From Phoronis australis (Eukaryota; Animalia; Phoronida): a stretch of DNA of 64,000 nucleotides. The stretch spans positions 310,628-374,627 of the forward strand of contig NMRA01000129.1 of NCBI GenBank assembly GCA_002633005.1. Reading direction: 5' to 3'. Shown in pieces: positions 1 to 11,500 of this stretch. Each line of letters opens with the position of its first letter. Position 1 is the stretch's first letter. The notes under the pieces were generated by a model. It had not been told where the DNA came from. It saw nothing but the letters and a program-made list of their open reading frames with translations, and ran no database searches. A program made the translations under genes and the position numbers.

Positions 1-142
1 AATAAAATGGCTGCCGAAGGCAGTGCACATTTGAAATAACTCGGCACAAATTAAAGAAAACTTCCGAATCGATGAATGCGGTATATCTGTGAGAGTTAAA
101 TCGAATCCTATTCAGATCATAACTTTGAAGTGGAATAATTCG
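1..142 (+). promoter_or_regulatory. Probable 5'UTR exon / TSS region of TIMM8
   Basis: YY1-like AAAATGGCTGCC at 4-15, CpG-rich sequence, consensus donor CG|GTGAGT at 143. Pairs with the acceptor at 1260-1261 (alternative AG at 1268-1269). Contains a 10-codon uORF at 7-39. Confidence 0.6.
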
Positions 143-1289
143 GTGAGTACAACAGCAAGTCGGTTTTATGCTTAGGCGGACGAACATTGGGCTCCCCAGT
201 ATATAGGGTCAGGCCTCAGGGTCAGGGATACTTAACTTAGGCCTTAGTCCTTAGGGATGATGAATGAAAAGATCCTTTGGCTAACTTCTTTTCAATAATA
301 TTGAGAATTCAACATAGAGTTCACAAGTGGAGGAGGCATTTTAAGAACAGTTGCAGTAAATTGGTGACAAAACTCGCGAAGGAGTCCCAAAAATTGAGGA
401 GTTAGATCATAGGCAACTGTCCACCCAGGTCGCTGGCATGTGAGTCAAGCATCTGCACCCGCCAATAAGCAATTTCCATTGGCAAGCAATTTAGGTGGGT
501 AGGACACCTTTGAAGTTTGAAGGGCATTGTTGTATTTCTACTGCTTCAGTCACTAGCTAAGCTTCTAGAAGTACTCACCTGAGTTAAAACACAGCTACTC
601 AAACTTGAATGAAACCCAATCTAGATGTTCATCCCTGGTGTCCTGATTGAATGCTGAAAGACTGCCACCAGCCTCCCACTAGCAGTATAAATAAAACAAA
701 CATCCGGGGGAACCATAATACTGACAAATCATTAGACACCACAGAAAGATCAAGGATGAATGATATTGACAATTACAACAGCAACAATCTTTCCATCTCA
801 AGCAGGCAATCTCAGTTTCTCTTCAACAGGTTCCCTCTCAAAGTGTAGACATCGGATCCAGATGTTTAAACTTTGTGAAAATATGGTGAAACTTTGTGAC
901 AAGGATTCACAATTGCTGGATCATTTGTGCCACATCTTTCCATGGCTTTCAGTCATTTTTAAGGCCTAAGGCATTATGAAAACTTGGTCTTTTATAGTTT
1001 CATTTCTTTGTGTTTGAGTTCACCCAGGGATGTGTTATTCTTTGAGAATAGATAATAGATGGGTAATACTATGGATAAATATTATAATAATTGGACTGAC
1101 CACTAGAGTGAAATATGCAACAGGGGTGGCTCAACATTTTACAAATTGAGACCATGTAAATCACATGTGTGATAAACAATTGAATTTCGAGAAAGGTCTG
1201 GTCAAATTTGAGCGCAAAAGCTTGTGAAAATGTTGGGTTAATGTACCGTTTCATTTTCCAGGATTCCAGGAATTAAAGCTGATCGAGAA

Positions 1290-1538
1290 ATGGCAGACGA
1301 AGGGCAAGTGGACCGAGAACTTCAACAGTTCATGATGATTGAGCAGCAGAAAGCACAGTTCCAACAGTCGATTCGCAGACTGAACGATGTCTGTTGGGAT
1401 AAGTGTGTGGACAGAGCTCGCGATAAACTGGACAGTAGGCAGGAATCGTGTCTGAGCAACTGTGTAGAGAGATTCTTTGACACATCTCTGTTGATAACTC
1501 AGCGTTTCCAGAAACTGTTGTCGGGTGGCAATATGTAG
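1290..1538 (+). CDS. TIMM8: Mitochondrial import inner membrane translocase subunit Tim8 (small Tim chaperone), 82 aa, single coding exon
   Basis: Twin CX3C motif (CWDKC...CLSNCVERFFDTSLLI) and N-terminal ELQQFMMIEQQKAQFQ are typical of Tim8. Splice acceptor ttttccAG at 1260-1261 lies just upstream of the ATG. Confidence 0.95.
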   Translation: MADEGQVDRELQQFMMIEQQKAQFQQSIRRLNDVCWDKCVDRARDKLDSRQESCLSNCVERFFDTSLLITQRFQKLLSGGNM

Positions 1539-3675
1539 ATGTACCTGTGCTTGAGGCATTCATTGGAAATCTAAAGCGAAAATACCGAGTTATCCGTTTG
1601 ACGGTTTATCTGTACCAACTTCAGAGCTATGCTAAACAGGACCATTCTAAGCACATTATTCAAAGGCTTACAGAGAGATTATTTAATTCCTGTCTTGATG
1701 AAACAGTGTGTTAAAGAGCCCAATGATTGTCACAATCCCATGTAATGAAGTGGCAGACATGTCTTCTGAAATACTGCGCGACAGCTTATCGAAAATGATG
1801 GTTACTGAGTTATACTGCAGCTGATAGTTTTGTGTCATGTGTTCCTGAAACCTTTGATAGGTCACTGACAACATGTTGACTGTAGAAGACTTGACGCATA
1901 TAAAATTAGCCGGTGCCTGAATTCTGCCTTCTATCAATTTCAGCTCTGTTATAGCTTCATTGAATCCCACGGTGGAAGTTGAAATTGTCGGGAACACTAA
2001 TTCTTCAGCACTCTCTGTGTTGTTCAGTATGCATGTCAAAGGCATTGTGAGGAAAAGAAATTTGTCAAAAAGTCTATGTTTGTGCAAAAGTCAGAAGATG
2101 ATAATTCATACTATTTATTATTCAGCTCTGGAAATCAAGTGTCAGTTTTTGGTTTTTGACAGTGGATATCCATTGGGCATTCAGGTTGACAGATTTGACT
2201 TGTTTAAAGTTGGGAATTACTCCTAAGCAAGTGGCCGTTTATTTGAAGTGCTGATGAATAATCTCTTTGTGGTCAATAACAGAAAAGTGTGTGTCGTAGT
2301 GATTTGTAATTTGTGCGAGGTATTTCGTGTCTGGTACCATGGTAAAAACTCTGTTTAAACTTACCACACATGGTAAGATAGAAAGAACTTCATCATTAGT
2401 TTTTAAAAATTGCCACCAAGAATAATAAAAAAGTACAAACTTCGGAGACAGGTCTACAGGGGGTTGGGGTGTTCAGGGGGTTTAACCCCTCTTAGGATAG
2501 GATCAAAATTAACAATTAAAAAAATTGTTATACAGGGGAGGGGGTAACCCTCTCCTACCTCTTGGGGCTATACACGCCAGGGATTCGCGCAAATCTTAAA
2601 CCCCCCTTACTGAAACGGTAGATCAGCCACTCAATTGTTATTGTAACTTTTTGCTCATCACACAGAAATAGAACTGCCATAATTGTCTATTTTTAAAGGC
2701 TGATTACCATCATGCCACACCTGAGCGCACCCAGGGGGGAGGCTTGGGGGGCATTTGGCGAAGTAAGCAACAAGGTCCCCAGCAGCGAAACAAAAAGTCC
2801 GAAAAATTAGAAAACAGAGAAAAGTCCACTAAAAAGGCAGAGCACAATTCATAGCTCTGAACGTACCCGTTTTATTTTTTGTTAGTAAAGGTATGTATGT
2901 TTTCGTAAATAGTGGCATCTGTATTAGTGGTGGACATTAATTGCCACCTTATCTTTTCTCATGGTCACTTTTATTAAAACTAACGTAGATAATGACCATC
3001 TTCTCAATTTGGAGAATATTGAAAAAGCATTTTGTTAGTCTTTACGTTCTGGAATTTGGACAAAAAAGAAATTTTTTATCTCTGGCTCTCGTCCAATAGT
3101 ATGCCAGTGAGCTTTGGCTCACATAAGATTGCCAGGCTGGGTCTCAACCGTTTGTCTTTGGAGAGAGTGATTGGCTCATTTGATCGTATTAAGTGGTTAG
3201 CATATTGGTCAAAAGTTTAGCATGTGGTTAAAACCAATCATCAAGGGGCCTTTTTCTGTGTAAAAAGACCGTTACACTTTCTGTGTGACAATACATAGTC
3301 ACGTCGTGACAGTTGACATTGGTGTGGACTTGCACACATACTTATCGAAGTCCATGATCTTTCGAAATGTTCTGTATGTGGCAGTGGTGACACCTCTTGT
3401 AGGATTGAAATACAATGTATGGCAAATTCAATACAAAATCTTGATATGTAAAAATTTTATTCAGTTAGAAATCAATGTACAGGATTTCATTAGAATGATA
3501 TTACACTACATAAAAGTTACAGACAAACAACACCGAAGTCGAGCAACGACACATAGCTCGTCGGTAGTAGCACAGACCCACTACAGACAAGTTTACAATA
3601 TAAAAAATAATAAATTAGAAATAATAAAATATAATTTCAATTCGTATTAAAAATAATTTCAATTCAAACCAGTTT

Positions 3676-3818
3676 TCGCCTATTTGTATTTTCTGTAATG
3701 ATGTTTTACTGATCCACTGAGCGATAGGCATTGTCAAGTTTGCAGTCGCCTATTTGTATTTTCTGTAATGATGTTTTACTGATCCACTGAGCGATAGGCA
3801 TTGTTGTCAAGCTTGCAG
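3676..3818. repeat. Tandem duplication of about 70 bp covering the stop codon of peptide gene A
   Basis: 3676-3745 and 3746-3818 are near-identical (one extra TTG, one substitution). Confidence 0.9.
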
Positions 3819-3963
3819 GATCCCGGGTTTCTTTTACATTGTTTAATGAGGAGCAGTGCGCATAAGTAGCCCATTGACCGGGCGACGCGACGGCGAGTTG
3901 TTGTAGACGCGTCTATACTGGCCATCTGAACGTCTCTACTTCTTGGATTACTTGATATGTAGT
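3776..3963 (-). CDS. Secreted prepropeptide gene A, last coding exon (pro-region, RVAR cleavage site, mature peptide SMGYLCALLLIKQCKRNPGSCKLDNNAYRSVDQ)
   Basis: Acceptor atctctatcaattgtAG (3964-3965). Phase 1 matches the donor at 4391-4392. Open to TAA at 3776-3778. Clear homology to exon 23121-23323 (DY..S...RDVQMA...RR..RS.G.....LI..C.R.P...C...DQ*). AATAAA on - at 3456-3461. Confidence 0.8.
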
Positions 3964-4392
3964 CTACAATTGATAGAGATCAAAATACGAGTTTCGGCGA
4001 AGTTTAAGGCTTATATAATAGTAACAAGTCAGGTCCGTGAAGCAACAACAGTTTGTGCATGGGTGTGTAGGCCTAACTTGTATCGCTGTACACGTGACCC
4101 CTAATCTGCGTGGATGCCAGCTCGAACATCGTGGATTCGACGCGTTTTGGAGTGGAATAAGTGCGTCAGTGCAAATAGGGCAAACCATACCAGACTGAAA
4201 TTAATGCTTGTAGGCCTGCAGACTAAAAGGACCTGCGTGGGGGCGTTAACAGGCCTTCAGGCCGGGGATCTGGCAAAAATGATTGTAATACGTAAAAAAT
4301 TGGCTTCGCCCACGTCTGTCGCGGCGTGCAAATGTTTTACAAGTCAGTAATGAACAAGTACAAACGCACTGAAATAAAACGTGTCGGCCCAC

Positions 4393-4513
4393 CTGCTAAT
4401 AAGTCACACGCGTGGGTACGGTCTGCGTTGCGTTGGACTGGTGTAGCGCTCCCCAATTTGGCGATCATGCACACTGTCGCCAGCAGGGCAAACCAGAGGT
4501 ATTTGTTCCCCAT
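4393..4513 (-). CDS. Secreted prepropeptide gene A, first coding exon (signal peptide MGNKYLWFALLATVCMIAKLGSA plus pro-region)
   Basis: Acceptor tttgtttcAG|AT-ATG (4516-4517), hydrophobic signal peptide, phase-1 donor G|GTGGGC. Same AG|AT-ATG layout as the paralog at 24454. Spliced product is 102 aa. Confidence 0.8.
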
Positions 4514-5058
4514 ATCTGAAACAAAAACAATCGTGCACTGGACACCGGTTACCAAATTCGACTGCACGTAGGCTTTCCCTGGTGTGAGCATAGCTAGGGG
4601 TACCTTAGAATTATACGATAGACTCGCACCCCACGCACGGCGAACCACCTACAAGCCATCATGCATACGAAACCAAAAATAACGCATACGAACAAAAATC
4701 ATTTGCACGAAAGGCAAAGATCATATGTACGAACACAAACCATACACATGAGCATCGCCCGCACGCACAAACATTTTATCGCAACTAGGCCTACGTAGGT
4801 TTCAATTTGAAAATTAAAGACCTGTGTCTGTCATGATAAAATGTTAGCGATTTGTTTGATGGATTGATATAATGATTGGTAGATTGATTTGTCAACGACG
4901 GCCCTCAAATAATACAACACGATACAACATAACAAGAAAGACATACATTCTGACCAATAAGGCTGTCGTATAAATACAAAAACTGAATTATAGGTGTTCA
5001 GATGACACGAATACGAAAAAGAAAAAAAATGTCCATCGTGTTCCGGCTTTAGTAGGCC

Positions 5059-6418
5059 TAGATTATTACATGGCGAAGTCGTTATCCCCCGTTATCTAGA
5101 GCCCGAGTGGATCTTGAAGATCGCCCTAGTGAGATAACTAAGTGGGTTATTGCACGGTTGTATTTGCCATTCGACGCTAAATTGTGGTATAAATATAGAT
5201 TATTACATGGCGAAGTCGTTATCCCCCGTTATCTAGAGCACGAGTGGATTTTGGAGAATTACCGCCCGAGACGCGTTAGCCCCGAGGGTGATAATTCTGC
5301 AATATCCACGAGGGTTCTAGTAGCTGGGCAGATAAGTGCAAATATGCACCAGAATTGTGCAAATGATGATACAAGCACCAAATTTACCATGATGACTCAT
5401 AATAGCATACTTAAGAAATCTGTCCGACTAGCCACCTGAAAATCCAAGATGGCGGCCATTTTTCAAGATGGCCGCCGTCCAGTGTTCGTGATAATGATTT
5501 TCCTTGTAAATCAGTATCTACCCAACCGATTTTAGCGATCTTGGGGTCAAATGTTATAGTTTTGGGTATGCCTAATTCATTTTGGACACTGTGAACACTC
5601 TCAATTACATATATTGTCAGGATATAGACAATTATACACTTTAATTCGNGTGGGTTATTACACGGTTGTATTTGCCATTCGACGCTAAATTGTGGTATAA
5701 ATATAAATTATTACATGGCGAAGTCGTTATCCCCCGTTATCTAGAGCACGAGTGGATTTTGGAGAATTACCGCCCGAACGCGTTAGCCCCGAGGGTGATA
5801 ATTCTGCAATATCCACGAGGGTTCTAGATAACGGGGGATAACGACTGAGAACATGTAATAATCTATTTATACCACATACGAGAAACAGTGCAATGAATCG
5901 ATCTACCTTTCTCACCTCGCCTCGGTTTTGTAACTACTTTCTATGTCAGAGGCCCGGGGTCGGAGGTCGTGACCTTTTAAGAAAAGCCGAGCTATTTTTG
6001 CCAAATAATGCTTTTCCTCGAAACCAATTGAAAATTTAAACAAAATAGAAATAAAGTGAATCTATAAATTAAGGTTTAACAACTATTATAGCTTACTACA
6101 CATTTTATCACGCTAAGCATCGACCCGGAAAATATCGTCTGCTGAAGTAGGTTACCACTAATAACTGAGTATAATGCTCAAGTCAAAGGATCCCGACGAC
6201 AAGATACCCCCATTCAAATTGGAGGTCGGTGAGTTACAAGTGAGAGAAGACGAGAGAAAAATTTCACTGAATTAAAATATCGTTTTTATGGAAATTATGC
6301 GTCTTATTTTTTATAGCGTATAAGTGTCGGTGCAATGCCCTTTGCTGAACACGCGATTGTCGCGCGTGCTCATTTAAGTATTCTATTTTCACGTTCGATG
6401 ACGTCAGCCGCTGAGTGC
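5059..6418 (+). mobile_element. Head-to-tail copies of a non-autonomous hairpin DNA element (same family as 16765-17648)
   Basis: Internally deleted mini-unit at 5059-5192 joins directly to the next unit. About 170-nt imperfect palindrome at 5691-5876. 5697-6418 aligns with 16765-17490. Interrupted at about 5321-5648 and by an n at 5649. Confidence 0.8.
5321..5648. mobile_element. Probable non-autonomous DNA transposon fragment inserted into the hairpin element
   Basis: Breaks the hairpin arm at about 5320. Carries repeated CAAGATGGCGGCC/CAAGATGGCCGCC motifs. Ends at an assembly n. Confidence 0.4.
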
Positions 6419-8401
6419 AAGGTACCTAAACTACACGGTCAACGGACTCATAAACAAGTTGCACGGACGCATGAATACGACTCACGGACCTGCAAACACC
6501 GTCCACTGACTCTTAAACACGGGAACGGACTCAGAAAACACGATCCACGCACCCAAATGCACGGGACACGGACTCATATTCACGAGGAAACGCGGTTACC
6601 GGACCGTCAAACACGGGTCACGGACTCATCGGCTTCCTGGGTCAGCTGACATCTCCATTTTGTCCGTGACAAACATTGTAAAACATATTGTTCATCACTC
6701 GTGATTTCAGGAGATCAACTCCGTATTCGACAAGCACTAATTTTACCGTAGAAAACTCCTTTGCACCAATATCATATCTACATTTAAGGTTAGGAGAAAA
6801 CGACCGATTTTGTTTCGACATCTTTGAAATTTATTTTTAGTTGTAGAATTTAAGCCAGGGTATTAGACGCTCCATGCGTAGTCAAAGTGGCATATAACGT
6901 TACATATTTTAACATAGAGTTTGTTCTGAGCAAACCGCGGTTTATTTTTGTGTGCTTTCATTACCTCCGTATGTGTTTTTAAATACAAGTCTCGACTGTA
7001 ACCTCCTTTTTCATTTATATCTTTTGTATCACTTTAAGTAAACGAATTTTAGACAATACCTGCCTTCTTTTGGGATTTCACAAAATTTATAGCGAATGTG
7101 CTTACGGTAACTGCGCAATAGGAATTTGACGGTCACTCACAATGTTTGCGGAGCGGGCAAGTGCAATTTTTTTTCTCCGCGTCTGAAACAAAGAAGTCGT
7201 GTACGTCGCCTATAGCTACCGAAATCATTTTTTCTAAGCACGTGAGCATTTTCTGTTATGAGCAGAGCACTCGTTAGTTAATGGTGTAACTATACGTAAA
7301 ATATTTTTACTGGAACCATTTTTAAAACCTTTCTTCTTAAGTCGTATAAATTACTTACGATAGGCTTTTTTGTTAAAAAAAGTAAATAGGTTTTAATTAA
7401 AAAACGAGCCATCCGATTGTCAGGCCAATATGCTGACGGGTATAACCGTAGAGTTCGTTTTAAGCAAGCAGATCGGATGTACTTTTGTCTGGTTTTTATT
7501 CCCGCTTTTCTATAATCAGTATGAGCATAATTTCTTTAGTCTCGCTTTTTAAGCCAAAATAATGCTTCAAATTGCTGAAATGATATCAAATGGTATAAAA
7601 TCAAAACTAAAAGACGTTCATTTGTTTTAAAATACATGAATTGACTAGTATATTTTGACTTTATTTCATTTGGGTATCACTCAGTGTTTCAGTGAATTTG
7701 TATCAAACGGATGTAGGGTGAACAAGCTATTTAACATCATTCACATTTTAGCGTAGAGTCGTCAAGTATTTCATGCGACTGAGTTCAAATCTGGAGACGA
7801 ACACGAACTAACATTTAGAAGGATTGTAATGAACGTTTTCTGGGAGTTGGAGAGAGTTATAGGGAATTGATCAGTTTCGTGGCAGTGTCAGAAATGCCAC
7901 AGACAGACTAGTTCTCAGCATTGTTATCCTGCAATGTGCGCAATGTGTGCGTTAATACTGTTGAGCAAGAATCGGAACGTGGAAATAGCTGTTTATGCAA
8001 TAAGTAGGAAAGGGGTGAAACAAATTGACAGAATTTCAAATTTAGAAGATGGTGGTCAGTTTGAAATCGTGGTCATGTCAGGTAAATATGTTGGTAGTGT
8101 TTCAATGGGTTTTCTGCAGATATCTCTTTTCGCTTCTATATAGTAGGCCTACGTTTTACACGCATAATTGAACTTCACCTTGAAAGTTGAGTTTTGTTGG
8201 GAGACTCAAATTTCTCCAGTGTACCGACAAACTCTTGGCAAAAGTAAAGGAAATGTTGGTAACTGCAAGACCTGCCATTGAAATTAGAAAAAATAATATC
8301 CATTGCAAAAATCTATTCCATTCACCCGATATATATTTTTTCAACCTGTATTTCATCACAGAACACAGACTATCTATTTGTTTTACTCAAACTTTAATTA
8401 C

Positions 8402-8514
8402 CTTTTATAGGTTGGAGCTGCCTTTTCTCGCTCTTGATGAGAAATCTCTTCGGCTTCTTTAACACGTGGTTGTCGACTCAGCTGATCGACGACCGTAACC
8501 GCATGGTTTTTATA
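8402..8514 (-). promoter_or_regulatory. TATA promoter and non-coding first exon of peptide gene A
   Basis: TATAAAAA at 8507-8514 (-), Inr-like TCAG about 30 nt downstream (about 8483), donor AAAG|GTAATT at 8400-8401. Homologous to 26820-26922. Confidence 0.7.
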
Positions 8515-11500
8515 AACACCTGGACATGTGCTCGTTTCATTCAACTTGATGTTCTAATTAGTTTAGCTGAACCTGTGTTCAATAAGGAATACCAAGAAAT
8601 TGCTGGAAAACACGAATCACGCCACATCTGGGGCATCAAAAAAAATCTGTGTCGAGGTCATTTGAGACCACACAGCCGTTCCATTGGCTAAAATATGGGT
8701 GTTTCTGGGGGTGTGCACCTACAGTGTACGTTCATGCTATTGCCCAGAAACTTTCACGGCATCTTTCAATTATTACCTCATTCAAATACGAAAACGTGTG
8801 ATTAGAAGTGGTCTTCGGAGTTCTCGTGTTACTCGGATGATTCAGATTACGTGTATGTCACAGTTCCAATATTTTGTGCACAAATGTGAAAGAAAGTCCT
8901 AACCTGTCAGAATTTGCATGATATGAAAACCACTGAAATGACAATTTAGAAAACTAGAAAACTAATAGCGTTTTTCATATTTCGTTTTGAGCATTTACAT
9001 TACATGAGATTTGGTTATGTTATCGATACCGTTGTTTATCCAACTTTTGTAAAAAGATACTTAGATACGTGTAAATCTTTACTGGCACATGTATAATTTT
9101 GGAAGTAACTTGTTCATTACTACTGCGTGGGTGTTTGAATGATGTGTGAATGTTGTGCCTTTTAGTTAGCCTCTGCTTCCTTTCTTTTGAGAAATAAAAT
9201 AGTTTAAAAAATAGTCACGTAACTCAAGCGATGCCATATGATACGAAGTGAGAAATCAACTATAAGCAGGTTTTTTGCTTTCCAAAAAGTGTACTGACTT
9301 ATACCCAGTTAAAATCTATGGTTTTGTAAATAATTGGCCGAGACTTCTCGATGAGGTCGTGACCAACCTTTACGGTTCAGTGCCACTACATGTATCGCTG
9401 TCGCAGTTCAATAAGGTGTTCACAAGAAAAAATGCTGTGACATTATCAGCTCATGCACGTGGATGGAAGAACAAGTCGTTACTGTGGCAAGCTACAGCAT
9501 TTTGGGATCCAGCTCGTTAGAGGACTGACACCAAGAGAATCGGGAAGACGGGGAATCTCAACGTCACAGAATGCACGGTACAAAATGTGTGGCACGTCTC
9601 ATTATGCGGTTTCACATCGACACACTCTCGTGGTTAAGGCAATTGAGGTGGTGGTAAACATGTTTTCTACACAAGATACGACCTTAATTAATCATTTGTT
9701 TGAACCAATCGGATGTTCACTGAGTATAGGAACTTAAGAAAGCAACAATTGACACCAGAATAACCCCAACTGATGAGGTCCTGCGAGGTCCTCTGTACCA
9801 CGAGTACTTAGAACAGCTCGCTAAGCGAGATATGTTACTTAGGTTAAAACCATTAACTCTTATTTTCCCTCGCACACTTTGTTCTAATCAATTTGCACAA
9901 GTTTCCGCAGGGATATTGACTGATTTGACGTTGCTACAGATTACTGTTCATGAAAATCATTCCCACATGGTATAACAGAACGTAATTAAGAGGCTAATGG
10001 GTCTCGACTCGCAGCCCTGCAAAAATATTACTGGAAGTTAAACGAAACTGAAATGCCGTGCACCAGAAAGGATAATCAAAAATTGTTGTAAATAATGCCA
10101 CGGTATCTATACAGTGTCGTTCCACTCTGACGCAAAGGAAACGGAGCTCCCAGCTTGCCGTTTCGCTTTTCCACAATGCTAAATATGTTTAGGAAATGAT
10201 GTTGGTTAGTTGGATCAAAACGTATTTATTGCTAAAGCCATTTTTTCAAAAATATCTTGGCGACTTGGCTTTGAAGGATATTTTGAAGTAATACTTAAAC
10301 AATTTACGATTTATTGTATTGACTACAATTATAGTTGTAGGAGCATTAACCCACGATCGAGTCAGAGCCGATTCGAATATGTAAGAAGTATTTTTTCTGT
10401 CCTAGTTTGATTTCTTTTCGAGATTGGCTAGTCCTCGCTAAGCTTCATATTTTTCACTCAAATTTCTACTTTCCCACTTAAATATGGATCCCTTACAACT
10501 AACTCCAGTTTAGTCCGTATTCCAAGCAATACAATTTCCAGAAGCCTGATATCAACCTTTCTTTTATTGCCAGGCTCAGTCTTTTGTCAGATCTAGTGTC
10601 ACGAGGCAAACATCAATTGTCTACCACGCTGAATGAATACATTAATGTAAACACGCATTGATTCAAAACTGTTGTCAACAAAATCTATCGCAGCGTTTTG
10701 GCCTATTTCATCGTATTTCTTGTGCGAAAGAAGTATTTTACACAGACTTTTCATGGAGAATTCAATTTCAGAAACCAAACATGTTATATCAGTTTCTGTC
10801 CTTGACATTTCAATTCAATTGAATTGTCAAGTTATTTCTGCCAGTATTTTATTGCCATCGCTAACGAGGTAATAGCCTTATATAAAACAATGGAAGCTTA
10901 TATTAACTTTTGTAATATCAAGGACCGACGGCGACACCGGTTTTTCCAGTTGATGTAGAGAAGCATTGTTCAACTACAAGATACAACCACTGCGTAACCC
11001 AGTGTCTTTATGCTGGATGGTTGATTTCAGTGAAAGTTTCAGGAAATTCCATACTTCGAGTGTCGTATCCAGTTGTTCAAAAAATAGCAAGGCAGGCGAC
11101 TGAGGGCCTACATTTTTAACACGTTTCGTATTTATTTTTTTCCAGCATCCGGCGCTTAATTCGCTTAAAACGTTCATCACGCTTTGCGAATTAGTCGACC
11201 TGATGAAGAAATTTCGCAAACGTGCTCCTAGCATTTGAGAGCTGATGTGGATCACAGAATATTTTATTTGGTTTCATTTTTTTTAAATCACTTCAAGAGA
11301 CGTTATCGCGGGCTTTATAGGCGAAAAAATATTTTTGGTTTATTGTTTGTTAGGATAGATATATTGAAGTCATGAGCTTTTACCAGTGTTATAAAACAAA
11401 CAAATCTGCGGTGTTTTTGACTTCAGTACCATTTTCCAACTCTCGCCTGCCGGACATTAGCTGAAATTGAGGTGTCTTTACCACTTAAGTACGCCCTCTG

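Noticed and set aside
1683-2087. 134-aa antisense ORF downstream of TIMM8
   Set aside because: Non-ATG start, no recognisable domain or splice context; lies in the probable TIMM8 3'UTR.
3813-3845. QCKRNPGSC in peptide A resembles allatostatin-C (QCYFNPISC, C-x6-C)
   Set aside because: It lacks the aromatic residues, has KR inside the loop and is not C-terminal. Paralog B has C-x8-C at the same position, so the match is probably coincidental.
3964-4188. Cys-rich 74-aa ORF (MVCPICTD...CTNCCC)
   Set aside because: Lies wholly in intron 2 of peptide gene A, has no signal peptide, its nearest acceptor is in the wrong phase, and gene B has no counterpart.
7934-8081. Exon-like segment VYAISRKGVKQIDRISNLEDGGQFEIVVMS followed by GTAAAT
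   Set aside because: Upstream stops and no partner exons. It sits in repeat-like intronic sequence and is possibly a decayed transposon-borne gene that I cannot identify.
5050-8151. 11-bp direct repeat TAGTAGGCCTA flanking a 3.1-kb composite insertion
   Set aside because: TAGGCCT(A) recurs many times in this window, so the match is weak evidence for a TSD.
9770-9800. CTGATGAG followed by a hairpin, hammerhead-like
   Set aside because: No GAAA after stem II and no stem III or cleavage triplet.
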